The notes under the pieces were generated by a model. The model did not search any database. It saw only the letters and a program-made list of their open reading frames with translations, and was not told the DNA's origin. A program made the position numbers and the translations under genes. From a virus (lineage: Duplodnaviria > Caudoviricetes), in IMG/VR virus record IMGVR_UViG_3300044983_000249, positions 1 through 43,052 of that record: 43,052 nucleotides of DNA; one strand, given 5' to 3'. Within the stretch, counting starts at the first letter, position 1. Each line of letters opens with the position of its first letter. This document shows, piece by piece, positions 1 to 8,117 of the stretch.

Positions 1-127
1 GCGGGCCTGCGGTATCACAAAGTAACCCCCCCCCCCCCCCCCAAGCGGATAAGTAATCCGCGCGGTCGGCGTTGCGATCTGGGCTGCCCGAATCGGGGGC
101 CCGAATGAGCGGTGCACTCGAGCAATT
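1..127. repeat. Terminal direct repeat, left copy (circular-assembly overlap)
   Basis: Bases 1-127 are identical to 42926-43052, including the C17 tract; 127 is a common assembler k-mer size. Confidence 0.95.
26..42 (+). repeat. C17 homopolymer tract (same locus as 42951-42967)
   Basis: 17 consecutive C in both terminal copies. Confidence 0.95.
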
Positions 128-521
128 CCCGCTCCTGATGGCCGCGCTCAAGGACGAGCTCCGTGCCGAGCTCATCCTCGAGATGCGCAAGGGACTCTGG
201 TTCGATCAGGGACCTGGGCCGCAAGCGTCCATCCTCGGGCGCAATCGCCACGTGCAGGCCTGCCAGAGGCTCATCCGCAAAGACAGCCCCGACGCCTACT
301 ACGATGCCTCGACGGGCCAGTGGTGGCTCCGACAAGGCGCGGTCGATCGGGAGATCCTCCGGCTGAACCGGAAGCAGGCGCAGAAGCTGCCCGAGAAGGC
401 GGTCCCGATGGCTCCGGTGGCAGCCGAGCCCCTTCCCCTGGCCAAGGCCGAGCCGGTGGACTTCGAGGGCGAGACGGGCGTCTACGAGCGGGCGCTGCTC
501 CAGAGGGTGGGGCTGCGATGA
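105..521 (+). CDS. Hypothetical protein, possible excisionase-like DNA-binding protein
   Basis: ATG at 105 (MSGALEQ...); small gene just upstream of int; ATGA overlaps at both ends. Confidence 0.55.
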   Translation: MSGALEQFPLLMAALKDELRAELILEMRKGLWFDQGPGPQASILGRNRHVQACQRLIRKDSPDAYYDASTGQWWLRQGAVDREILRLNRKQAQKLPEKAVPMAPVAAEPLPLAKAEPVDFEGETGVYERALLQRVGLR

Positions 522-814
522 TCCAGCCACTGCTTCGTGGCAGCTGCATGGACTACGACGCGATCGTGGCTCGCGCCGTCGAGATGGCCCGCAAGAGCCC
601 CGACGAGGTGCGCCGCATGAACCTGAGCCCCCGCGAATCCTGGCAAGTGGCGCTCGCGGCCGCATCCCTCGGGGCGGGCCCCTCCCACGAGCTGACCGAT
701 GAGCTCTTCGAAGCCGTGCTCGACTTTGGAACGTTGGCCTTTGGCGAGCCCTGTTCCACTCCGGAACCGGCTTGCGTCGCGTCCAACGTGGTTCAGCTTC
801 GAGGGAAGCTATGA
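518..814 (+). CDS. Hypothetical protein
   Basis: MIQPLLRGS...; ATGA overlap with the previous gene and with int. Confidence 0.6.
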   Translation: MIQPLLRGSCMDYDAIVARAVEMARKSPDEVRRMNLSPRESWQVALAAASLGAGPSHELTDELFEAVLDFGTLAFGEPCSTPEPACVASNVVQLRGKL

Positions 815-2583
815 CCCTCACTCCCAAGCGCACCGGCTTCGAGATCCGCCTCCGGTTCGGCAAGGGCCAGCGCGACCGGTTCACGCTCTCGACCCTCGAC
901 GAGGCCCTGGCGCTCGCGCTCGAGCCGCGCATGGAAGCGATGGCCCGCAAGCTCGCCGACGCCACGAGCGACAAGGCGCGCGAGCAAGCGCATGGCCTGC
1001 TCAAAGAGGCGTGCCTCGTCGCGAGCGATCCGAAGAAATTCGCCGCCGTCGAACGGGTGGTGAGCAAATTGTGTGCGGAGGCGGCTGCTGACACCCCCCC
1101 GGCGGTCGCCTCCGCGCCTTCTACGTTTGCCGAGGTGGTGGACGAGTGGTGCTCGGGACGGCTCCGGGAGCAATCACCCGACCACGTGAAGGAGAAGACC
1201 CCTCGTGGACGGAAGATCGACCGGGCCACGCTCGCGGTGTTCCTGCCCGTGCTCGGTCGGTTGCCCATGGGCGAGATCACCGACGAGCAGATCGCGGAGG
1301 CCAAGCGGGTCATCCCCTCTGGACTCGACCCTGACACGCGCCGGCTTTACCTCGTCCGTCTCCGGACCGTGTTCAAGCTGGCGATCAAGCCGCTCCGGAT
1401 CCTCCGCGTCCTTCCGGACGAAATCACCGACGTGCCCCAGATCAAGAAGCGCAACCTGTTCTGGTTCCTTTACCCCGACGAGGATGCCCAGGTGCTCGGT
1501 TGCCACCTCATCCCGCTCGCCTATCGGATCCTCTACGGCTGGCTCAATCGCAACGGGACCCGCATCACCGAGACCTCGATGCTCGACTACGCTCACCTCG
1601 ACTTGGTCCGGGGACGGGTCCGGCTCGAGGCGAGCTGGACCAAGACGGGCCGCGCGCGCTTCTGGGACCTCGAGCCCGACGTGCTCTCTGCCATGCAGCT
1701 CTGGCGAGACCTCGACGGCAAGCCGGGCCCGACGGCGAGGGTCTTCCACACCCCTCGGGGCACGCAATACGACCCCTCCACGGTGAGTCACCGGTTCCTC
1801 TCTGACCTTCGCCTGGCGGGAGTCGACCGGGACGAGCTCCACATCACGACCCCCGGCAGCCGGCGCCTTCGGGTCCACGACACCCGGGCGACCTTCTGCA
1901 CGATGGCCCGCCGGCGCGGCATGCCCGTCAGCTGGATCATGGATCGGTCAGGCCACGAGAGCGCTGCCGAGCTCGAGAAGTACTCGCGCTTCGTCCGCCA
2001 CGCCGACGAGCAGAGCTTGCCCGAGTGGTTCGCTCCGCTCGATGAGATCATCCCCGAGCTCTTCGCGGAGAAGTCCCGCCTGGGTGGGCCAAGGGTGGGC
2101 CAACGGGTGGGCCAGGTTTCACGGCCAAGCAGAAAACAAGCCCCCCGCGAGCGCGTAACATACTCCATCGCGGAGTCGCGCTCTGGGCAAATCCAGTCAT
2201 CGACTCCGCAAAAACCTGCTGAAAATGCCACTTCAGTAACCGCCGATACCCCACTTTGGCCCACCTCGGGCCCAGCTGAATTTAAGGGGGTGGGCCAAGT
2301 TGGCCCACCCTTGTCCACAGAAGTGGAGGTTGTCCCGTCCTCCGTCGGGGGGGTGGGCCAGGTTTTGGACACCTGTCCAGCGCCCACCGGTGACCCCGTC
2401 GAGGACGCCTTGGTGCGCATCGAGGAGAGCTTGGCGGAGGACTTCAAAACCCTCGTCAACGCCGGTCGGTACGAGCTCGCCGACAAGGTGTGGGCGGAGC
2501 TGAGGGACCGGCGCCTGCAGCGGTCTGCCCCCGCGGTGACCTCTCTCGCCGATGCCCGGCGCAAGCGGGAGGAGAAGCCGTGA
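811..2583 (+). CDS. int: Tyrosine recombinase/integrase with ~200-aa C-terminal extension
   Basis: Catalytic motifs GTRITE (R), WTKT (K), HDTR (HxxR), SGHES (H), EKYS (Y at 1981-1983); start ATG 811 after GAGGGAAG. Confidence 0.93.
   Translation: MTLTPKRTGFEIRLRFGKGQRDRFTLSTLDEALALALEPRMEAMARKLADATSDKAREQAHGLLKEACLVASDPKKFAAVERVVSKLCAEAAADTPPAVASAPSTFAEVVDEWCSGRLREQSPDHVKEKTPRGRKIDRATLAVFLPVLGRLPMGEITDEQIAEAKRVIPSGLDPDTRRLYLVRLRTVFKLAIKPLRILRVLPDEITDVPQIKKRNLFWFLYPDEDAQVLGCHLIPLAYRILYGWLNRNGTRITETSMLDYAHLDLVRGRVRLEASWTKTGRARFWDLEPDVLSAMQLWRDLDGKPGPTARVFHTPRGTQYDPSTVSHRFLSDLRLAGVDRDELHITTPGSRRLRVHDTRATFCTMARRRGMPVSWIMDRSGHESAAELEKYSRFVRHADEQSLPEWFAPLDEIIPELFAEKSRLGGPRVGQRVGQVSRPSRKQAPRERVTYSIAESRSGQIQSSTPQKPAENATSVTADTPLWPTSGPAEFKGVGQVGPPLSTEVEVVPSSVGGVGQVLDTCPAPTGDPVEDALVRIEESLAEDFKTLVNAGRYELADKVWAELRDRRLQRSAPAVTSLADARRKREEKP
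2082..2360. promoter_or_regulatory. Putative attP: seven GGGTGGGCCA-type arm-binding repeats inside int
   Basis: Direct copies at 2082, 2093, 2105, 2288, 2351 and inverted copies at 2257-2265 and 2301-2310, flanking a less GC-rich spacer with inverted repeats. Confidence 0.7.
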
Positions 2584-2798
2584 AACGCCAGACCATCCAC
2601 TCGCGCCTCTACCAGACCACGCTCGCCGTCTATCGCGAGATTGCCGCCCTGACCCCGCGGCAGAGACGCGCTGCTCTGCGTGAGCTCGACAAGCTCACCC
2701 ACACCAATTGCGGGTGGCACCTCTACGCGATGCGTGAGCCGCTCCGGGAGTTCATCCGGGTGGCGGCGCCCAGGCACGCTCGAAAGGAGAAGTCATGA
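2580..2798 (+). CDS. Hypothetical protein
   Basis: GTG start overlapping the int stop (GTGA), SD GGAGGAG. Confidence 0.65.
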   Translation: MKRQTIHSRLYQTTLAVYREIAALTPRQRRAALRELDKLTHTNCGWHLYAMREPLREFIRVAAPRHARKEKS

Positions 2799-2998
2799 CC
2801 TTCCCCGCCCGTCAGCAACCGAGCCTCCACCACCCGCCCGGGGAGCGCTTCGGCCTCGTGCGCGTCATTGGCCCCGCTCCCTCACGGGGACGCGGCCGGC
2901 GCTGGCTCATTCGCTGCGAGTGCGGAAACGAGCGCGTGGTCGACGGCTTCTCGCTCCGGCAGCGACCGCCGAAGACCCACCGGAGATGCAAGAGGTGA
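2795..2998 (+). CDS. Small Cys protein resembling the N-terminal domain of AP2/HNH homing endonucleases
   Basis: GERFGLVRVIG...WLIRCECGNERVV pattern; no nuclease domain follows. Confidence 0.65.
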   Translation: MTFPARQQPSLHHPPGERFGLVRVIGPAPSRGRGRRWLIRCECGNERVVDGFSLRQRPPKTHRRCKR

Positions 2999-3105
2999 CG
3001 ATCCGGTCCCCGCACCCCGCCGATCTGGCGGTCTGTTTCGCGATCACGGTCCTGCTACTGTGCACAGTCGCAGGCATCGCCGTGAGCTTTCTGGTGAGCC
3101 GGTGA
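2995..3105 (+). CDS. Small membrane protein
   Basis: GTGA overlaps at both ends; hydrophobic LAVCFAITVLLLCTVAGIAVSFLV. Confidence 0.55.
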   Translation: MTIRSPHPADLAVCFAITVLLLCTVAGIAVSFLVSR

Positions 3106-3293
3106 GCTTCGCTTATCGCGCTCGCGCCTGGTGGAAGACACCTTCGCCGCCTCGCCCGCGGCCCATGCTGAACCCGCTGCCCATCGAGCCACTCTGCGCG
3201 CCCACGCCTCGGCCGCTGCCCGAATCGAACGATAGCGTCCGGACCATTCGCGCGCTCGAAGCGCAGATCCAATCCCCGAAGGAGAACCCGTGA
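3102..3293 (+). CDS. Pro-rich hypothetical protein
   Basis: GTGA-coupled ORF (SFAYRARAWWK...). Confidence 0.5.
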   Translation: MSFAYRARAWWKTPSPPRPRPMLNPLPIEPLCAPTPRPLPESNDSVRTIRALEAQIQSPKENP

Positions 3294-3478
3294 CCATCAA
3301 ACCCAAGCGCAAGCGCAAGCTCGATTCCCTCCACGTCCGGCTCGATGAGACCCGCGAGAAGAAGCTCACGGCCATCATGGACCACTTGGCGTGCGTGGCC
3401 GTGGAGGTCAACCCGTCGCAGGCCATCCGGTACGCGATCGATCGGGCCTTCGAGCGGATGGAGAAGCCGGCGGCATGA
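3290..3478 (+). CDS. Ribbon-helix-helix (Arc/CopG-like) DNA-binding protein
   Basis: 62 aa; SLHVRL beta strand, helix, then NPSQAIRYAID helix. Confidence 0.65.
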   Translation: MTIKPKRKRKLDSLHVRLDETREKKLTAIMDHLACVAVEVNPSQAIRYAIDRAFERMEKPAA

Positions 3479-4317
3479 TCGGACGCATCCGGACCGTGAA
3501 GCCCGAGATCTTCTCCGACGAGAAGCTATGGGACCTGAGCGTGGAGACGGGTCTGCCCCTGCTCCAGGCGTTCGAAGGCCTCTGGTGCTACGCGGACCGG
3601 GAGGGTCGCTTCGAGTGGCGCCCTCGGGCTCTGAAGACGCTCATCCTGCCCTATTGGGAGGGGGACTTCGCCCGTGCCCTGGAGGCGCTCGAGCGAGCCC
3701 GCTACGTGGTCCGCTACACGGTCGATGGGCAGACCTTCGGAGTCGTGCGGAACTTCGCCAAGCACCAGCGGGTGAACCTCCGGGAGGCACCGTCCGCTCT
3801 CCCGCCTCCACCCGCCACGACAACGCACGTGCATGCACGTGCAGAGCTGTCACCCGTGCCGGAATCGTCAACGACCGTGGATCGTCCTGCACGTGGGGAA
3901 GGGAATGGAACGGAACTGGAAGGGAAGGGAGTGGGAACGGAACTCGCGCGCGCGCCCGTGGAAGTCCCTGGACTCGAGATCGTCTACCCCGGACCGCTCC
4001 AGCCCTCGAAGCGCGAGCGTCGACTCGATGCGCAAGCGCTCGCGCTGAACCAGCTCATCCACAAGTACCCGCCCGACTTCGAGCCCACCAAGGCCAACCA
4101 GGTGCGCGGTCACGAGCTTGGCTTGACCGACGAGGAGATCTGGCAGCGCTGGTTCGAGAGCAAGGAAAAGCTCTACCCGCACGGGTTCGATGACCCCGAG
4201 GCGCAGTTCAACCGTGAGCTCGCCTGGGCCAAGGCCGACAAGGAAAAACGCATGTTCAAGACCCGATCCGAGCGCGACGCGTTCGAGACGCCGGGGCGGG
4301 AGAGGAGACCGGCGTGA
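3475..4317 (+). CDS. Phage replication initiator (replisome organizer)
   Basis: N-terminus GRIRTVKPEIFSDEKL...LWCYADREGRF...NFAKHQR typical of phage initiators; central GEGNGTELEGKG low-complexity linker. Confidence 0.8.
   Translation: MIGRIRTVKPEIFSDEKLWDLSVETGLPLLQAFEGLWCYADREGRFEWRPRALKTLILPYWEGDFARALEALERARYVVRYTVDGQTFGVVRNFAKHQRVNLREAPSALPPPPATTTHVHARAELSPVPESSTTVDRPARGEGNGTELEGKGVGTELARAPVEVPGLEIVYPGPLQPSKRERRLDAQALALNQLIHKYPPDFEPTKANQVRGHELGLTDEEIWQRWFESKEKLYPHGFDDPEAQFNRELAWAKADKEKRMFKTRSERDAFETPGRERRPA
3825..3943. promoter_or_regulatory. Putative replication origin within the initiator gene
   Basis: Perfect 18-bp palindrome GCACGTGCATGCACGTGC (3825-3842), another GCACGTG near 3889, then a purine-skewed GGAA repeat run (3896-3943). 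Confidence 0.45.
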
Positions 4318-4895
4318 GCGAAGCAATCGAAGCCTACCCGCTGCACTGGCCCGATGGGTGGCCGCGGCGACAACGACACCAGCGCAGCGCGAGTGACTAC
4401 CGCGTGACCTTCGGGCGCGCGCGGGACGAGTTGCTCCGGGAGCTGACGCTCGGGCGGGCTCGGCACGTGGTCATCTCGAGCAACATCCCGCTCCGGCGTG
4501 ACGGACTCCCTCTCGCCAACATGCGCGAGCCTGAGGATCCGGGCGTCGCCGTCTACTGGAACGACAAGAACGGCAAGCCGCGGGTCATCGCGTGTGATGT
4601 CTGGCGCACGGCTCGGGAGAACCTCCGGGCGATCGGTCTCGCGTACGCCTCGCTTCGCCAGATCGAACGCACGGGAGCCAGTGAGTTGCTCGAGCGCGCG
4701 TTCCAGGGCTTTGCCCGGTTACCCGCCGCGGCCGACTGTTGGAGCGTCCTCGGTGTTCAGCGCGGCGCCACTCGCGAGACCATCAGTGAGCGCTTCCGTG
4801 AACTGGCCATCCAGCACCACCCCGACAAGGGGGGCGACGCCAACACGTTCAAGCGCATCACCGAGGCCTACCACCAAGCGATCGGGGCGTCATGA
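4314..4895 (+). CDS. J-domain (DnaJ-type) protein
   Basis: C-terminal WSVLGV...HHPDKGGD...FKRITEAY J-domain; N-terminal AYPLHWPDGWPR phage-type domain. Confidence 0.88.
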   Translation: MSEAIEAYPLHWPDGWPRRQRHQRSASDYRVTFGRARDELLRELTLGRARHVVISSNIPLRRDGLPLANMREPEDPGVAVYWNDKNGKPRVIACDVWRTARENLRAIGLAYASLRQIERTGASELLERAFQGFARLPAAADCWSVLGVQRGATRETISERFRELAIQHHPDKGGDANTFKRITEAYHQAIGAS

Positions 4896-5245
4896 CCGAC
4901 GAAGAAATCCAAGCCGCCCTCGGCCCGCAACCGAAGCGCGTTGCCCCACCGATGAAGACCCGCCCGGTCTCGGAAGTCCTCGGCTGCTCGGATGACCACG
5001 CCCTCGCAATCGCCCAGAGCAAGGGCCTCATCGACAGGGACAACATGCTGCGCTGTTGGCACTGCAAGGCGATCTGTGACTGGCACGTGAGCCTGCACTG
5101 CTTCGACTGCCGAGCAGGAGCCCCGGCGCGCAAGCGGGAACGCGAGCAGCAGGAGCGCGAGCGGGCAGCGGCAGAGCGGCGGGAACAGGAACAGTCGAGG
5201 CCCGTGCAGAGGGTCTCGGGAAGGAGCTTTCGCGATGGGTACTGA
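4892..5245 (+). CDS. Hypothetical Zn-finger/coiled-coil protein
   Basis: CWHC...CFDC motif; ATGA overlap. Confidence 0.6.
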   Translation: MTDEEIQAALGPQPKRVAPPMKTRPVSEVLGCSDDHALAIAQSKGLIDRDNMLRCWHCKAICDWHVSLHCFDCRAGAPARKREREQQERERAAAERREQEQSRPVQRVSGRSFRDGY

Positions 5246-5408
5246 GCACGAAAGCGGGCTGACGATTCTGAACGGTGGCGATGAGTTCTACCGGACGGCG
5301 CCGCTCTGGAAGGTCACCGATCCACGCGACGGCCAAGAGTATCTCGTCCACGAATTCACCGCATGGGCAGCAGAGGAGGAAGCGGATGAGCTTCTCGGAC
5401 TGGTCTGA
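5235..5408 (+). CDS. Small acidic hypothetical protein (57 aa, not in the ORF track)
   Basis: MGTEHESGLTILNGGDEFYRTAPLWKVTDPRDGQEYLVHEF...; SD AGGAG; fills the gap in the coupled operon. Confidence 0.6.
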   Translation: MGTEHESGLTILNGGDEFYRTAPLWKVTDPRDGQEYLVHEFTAWAAEEEADELLGLV

Positions 5409-6489
5409 AGCGCTTCCGTTTGCGCTGCGCATTGGCAAAGCCTACGCGCGCAGAGGGCCACTCAAGCTCGACGTCGAGTCTGCGGTGATGGAGGCTCTCT
5501 GGAGGGCGCAGCGGGCAGGCAATGACCTCTCTCGTGGGTACGTGGCCATGCGCGTCAAGGGCGCGCTCATCGACGAGATTCGACGGGTCTCAGAGGGACA
5601 GCGCCGCAACCCGCAAAGCGTGGGTTCGTTCGTGGACATCGACGACCAGCGCGATCTCTCGGCACCGAGCCATGACATCGATGAGCTGCTCGACCAGCGA
5701 CGCAAGTTCGACGCGATGCCTGGTGCCGCACAGCAACTCATCACACGCCTGGCGCATGGCGAGCAGCAGAAGGAGATCGCTCGGTCGCTCGGGGTGAGCG
5801 CGCCTCGTGTCCACCAGGTGACGCATGCCCTGCGAACCAACCCGAATGGGCTGACGCGCCTACCGGGGCACGTGGACCTGTTCGAGGAAATCCGCCGTGC
5901 GCACCGACGGATGGTGACCCGCGCCTATTCAGAGACCGGAACCGTGACCGGGGTAGCCCAGTCGCTCGGGGTCAGCATGAGCGACGCGAGCCGTTGGGTG
6001 AACCAGCGCAAGCTCATTCTGCCGAGCAAGTTTCGCGACTTTCCGGAACTGCGCGAGAAGGCTCGCAAGCTGGTCCACTCCGCATTCGTGCGGGCCAACG
6101 GATCGCCCATGACCGCGTCCCGCCTGCTCTCCACCGAATGCAGCATGGCGAGTGTTCTCGGAAGAGAGTTCGCTCCTGACGTGGTGCGCAGCAACCGGCG
6201 CCCGGACATCACGAGGGACGACGTCGCCCGCCTCTGTCGCGAAGGCTGGAGCCAGGAGCGAATCGCTTCTCACTTCGGGGTGAGCGAGCACGCCATCGCC
6301 AACCGCGTCCGCCATGGGCGGCTTCCGACGCTGCTCAGGACCCGACCCGACTTGCCCGACACCGCCTTTGCCGAACTGCGCGCCCAAGGGCTCAAGCATC
6401 GAGAGATTGCAGCGAGCCTGGGTGTCAGCATGGCCACCGTATGCGTGCGCCTCCGCCGGGCGCGACCCCTCAGGAAATGCCAGCCATGA
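5386..6489 (+). CDS. Sigma-70-family (FliA/sigma-28-like) protein fused to multiple HTH domains
   Basis: Region 2-like YVAMRVKGALIDEIRR; region 4-like QKEIARSLGVSAPRVHQ; further HTHs VAQSLGVS, SQERIASHFGVS, HREIAASLGVS. Confidence 0.75.
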   Translation: MSFSDWSEALPFALRIGKAYARRGPLKLDVESAVMEALWRAQRAGNDLSRGYVAMRVKGALIDEIRRVSEGQRRNPQSVGSFVDIDDQRDLSAPSHDIDELLDQRRKFDAMPGAAQQLITRLAHGEQQKEIARSLGVSAPRVHQVTHALRTNPNGLTRLPGHVDLFEEIRRAHRRMVTRAYSETGTVTGVAQSLGVSMSDASRWVNQRKLILPSKFRDFPELREKARKLVHSAFVRANGSPMTASRLLSTECSMASVLGREFAPDVVRSNRRPDITRDDVARLCREGWSQERIASHFGVSEHAIANRVRHGRLPTLLRTRPDLPDTAFAELRAQGLKHREIAASLGVSMATVCVRLRRARPLRKCQP

Positions 6490-7103
6490 ACACCGACCAC
6501 GTCCAGTGCTACACCTGCGAACTCAGCTGCAACAATTGCGGTCTCGCGCCCACGTTCGAGCCCATGCCCGCGGCGACGCTGAGCGATGTCATCCGGGGCT
6601 TCCTGCTCATGCACCGACGGTGTGAGAAGCCGGTCGAGCCGAGCAAACAAGTCGAGATCTTCGATCGACTGGCCGCGAAGGAGCCGGACACGTACGCGCT
6701 CCCCGATGAGCCGGGCTTCCGTGATCCCGAGCACGACCCGGAGCCCGAGCACGACCTTCCCGCCCTCACCGACGAGGACGACGCCTTCGGCAGGCGCTAC
6801 CCGATGGCACGGGATCACCTGAGCCTACGGATGAACCTGGAGGTGGTCCTCCAAGGCCCTGCCCCTTCTACCGAACAGCTCGCGGTGTACCCGGTCGGCT
6901 CGCCCGAGTTCGACACCATCGCTCACTGGACCCGGATGCAACTGGCCGAGATGAACAAGCGCAGCCACCCGGAGTTCGATGTCTACCTGCCGAATCCGCC
7001 TCAGCCCATGCCAAAGGTCCTCAAAGCGCTGATGAAGCCGAAGCGCGGGGTGAGGCCACTGAGCTCACCGAGGAAGCGCCGGACCACCGTGGAGGCACCG
7101 TGA
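6486..7103 (+). CDS. Hypothetical protein with N-terminal Cys cluster
   Basis: ATG 6486 (ATGA overlap); CYTCELSCNNC. Confidence 0.65.
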   Translation: MNTDHVQCYTCELSCNNCGLAPTFEPMPAATLSDVIRGFLLMHRRCEKPVEPSKQVEIFDRLAAKEPDTYALPDEPGFRDPEHDPEPEHDLPALTDEDDAFGRRYPMARDHLSLRMNLEVVLQGPAPSTEQLAVYPVGSPEFDTIAHWTRMQLAEMNKRSHPEFDVYLPNPPQPMPKVLKALMKPKRGVRPLSSPRKRRTTVEAP

Positions 7104-7273
7104 CTGCCCATCCGCGCACCGCGCATCCGCCCGGGAGCAAGACCCAGTGCAAGCGCTGCCCGCGCGTGTTCAGGCGGAGGCGCGGCCGACGCTTCTGCAT
7201 GGTCTGCTCCGGCTATCGGATCCCGAAGCGTCTACGCGACGAGCTCGCGCGCAATCCGAGGGAGACTCCGTGA
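7100..7273 (+). CDS. C4 zinc-finger microprotein, paralog 1 (not in the ORF track)
   Basis: ...TQCKRCPRVFRRRRGRRFCMVCSGYRIPKRLRDELARNPRETP; GTGA overlaps. Confidence 0.7.
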   Translation: MTAHPRTAHPPGSKTQCKRCPRVFRRRRGRRFCMVCSGYRIPKRLRDELARNPRETP

Positions 7274-7434
7274 GCGCCCGTAAGAAGGTCAGTGGCACTC
7301 GGGCTCAATGCCCGCGCTGCCCGCGCACGTTCCAGCGCCGGCACGGTCGGCGGTTTTGCATGGTCTGCAGCGGGAGCCGGCTCTCGAAGCGCCTCCGGAG
7401 CGAGCTGGCGAGGAACCCGAGGGAGACGCCGTGA
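7270..7434 (+). CDS. C4 zinc-finger microprotein, paralog 2
   Basis: ...AQCPRCPRTFQRRHGRRFCMVCSGSRLSKRLRSELARNPRETP. Confidence 0.7.
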   Translation: MSARKKVSGTRAQCPRCPRTFQRRHGRRFCMVCSGSRLSKRLRSELARNPRETP

Positions 7435-8117
7435 GCGGCGGAGGCAAGCGCGGCGAGATCCGCGTGAGAAAGGCCGGGCCAACGCCGAAGCAGGCGGGCG
7501 GCACGCATAACCGCAAGGCTCGGCGAGCGAGCAAGGCGACCCAGCGCGAGCTGTTCACACCGGCGCCCTTCGACGCGGAGGCATTCGCTCAGAAACGAGA
7601 GGCTCGTCGCCGAGCCGCGCGAGAAGCCTTCTGGGCGGGCCAGACCGACGCGGATATCGAGGCCCTGTCACTCGAGCAGAGCGAGCGAGAGTCCGGCGCA
7701 CTCGGTGGGCAGTGGTTTCTCCCGCTGTTCCTCGACGCCGTACCCCGTTGGGCAACCCGACATTTCACGACGGACCCAGATGCGCGGGTCAAGCGCGCTC
7801 ACGAACTCGGCGAACTGCTCGCCTACTCACAGGGTGCCGCTGCCGTCGTCGACCCGGACGCGCGCGGAACGGAGCATGAGGGCGACGTCGCTGAGATCTT
7901 CAATGCCGTTGCCGAAGGGCTCGCGATCGGCGCCTATTGCCCCGGTGGCACTCCGGGCTTCTCCGGGATGAAGTGGGAGGTCGTTGGTAACGAGCTACGC
8001 CTGACACACGGGCGCTTCTGCGCGCGCTACCCGGTGAACGACCCGGGTTACTGGGACACCGAGCCGTGTTCGAATCTCATCGAGGCGACACTCATCTACG
8101 CGGCGGAGGCCGGGTGA
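7431..8117 (+). CDS. Hypothetical protein
   Basis: GTG start overlapping the previous stop; GC-rich third codon positions. Confidence 0.65.
   Translation: MSGGGKRGEIRVRKAGPTPKQAGGTHNRKARRASKATQRELFTPAPFDAEAFAQKREARRRAAREAFWAGQTDADIEALSLEQSERESGALGGQWFLPLFLDAVPRWATRHFTTDPDARVKRAHELGELLAYSQGAAAVVDPDARGTEHEGDVAEIFNAVAEGLAIGAYCPGGTPGFSGMKWEVVGNELRLTHGRFCARYPVNDPGYWDTEPCSNLIEATLIYAAEAG

Noticed and set aside
1-127. Terminal repeat as a biological DTR
   Set aside because: An exact 127-bp overlap matches a typical assembler k-mer and cuts through coding sequence; it shows circularity, not packaged ends
2160-2215. tRNA-like fragment at the putative att core (CTGGGCAAATCCAG...CTCCGCA)
   Set aside because: No proper GGTTCRA T-loop or CCA end; cannot be assigned to a tRNA by eye
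2082-2360. CRISPR-like array
   Set aside because: Repeats are only ~10 bp, irregularly spaced and in both orientations; no cas genes
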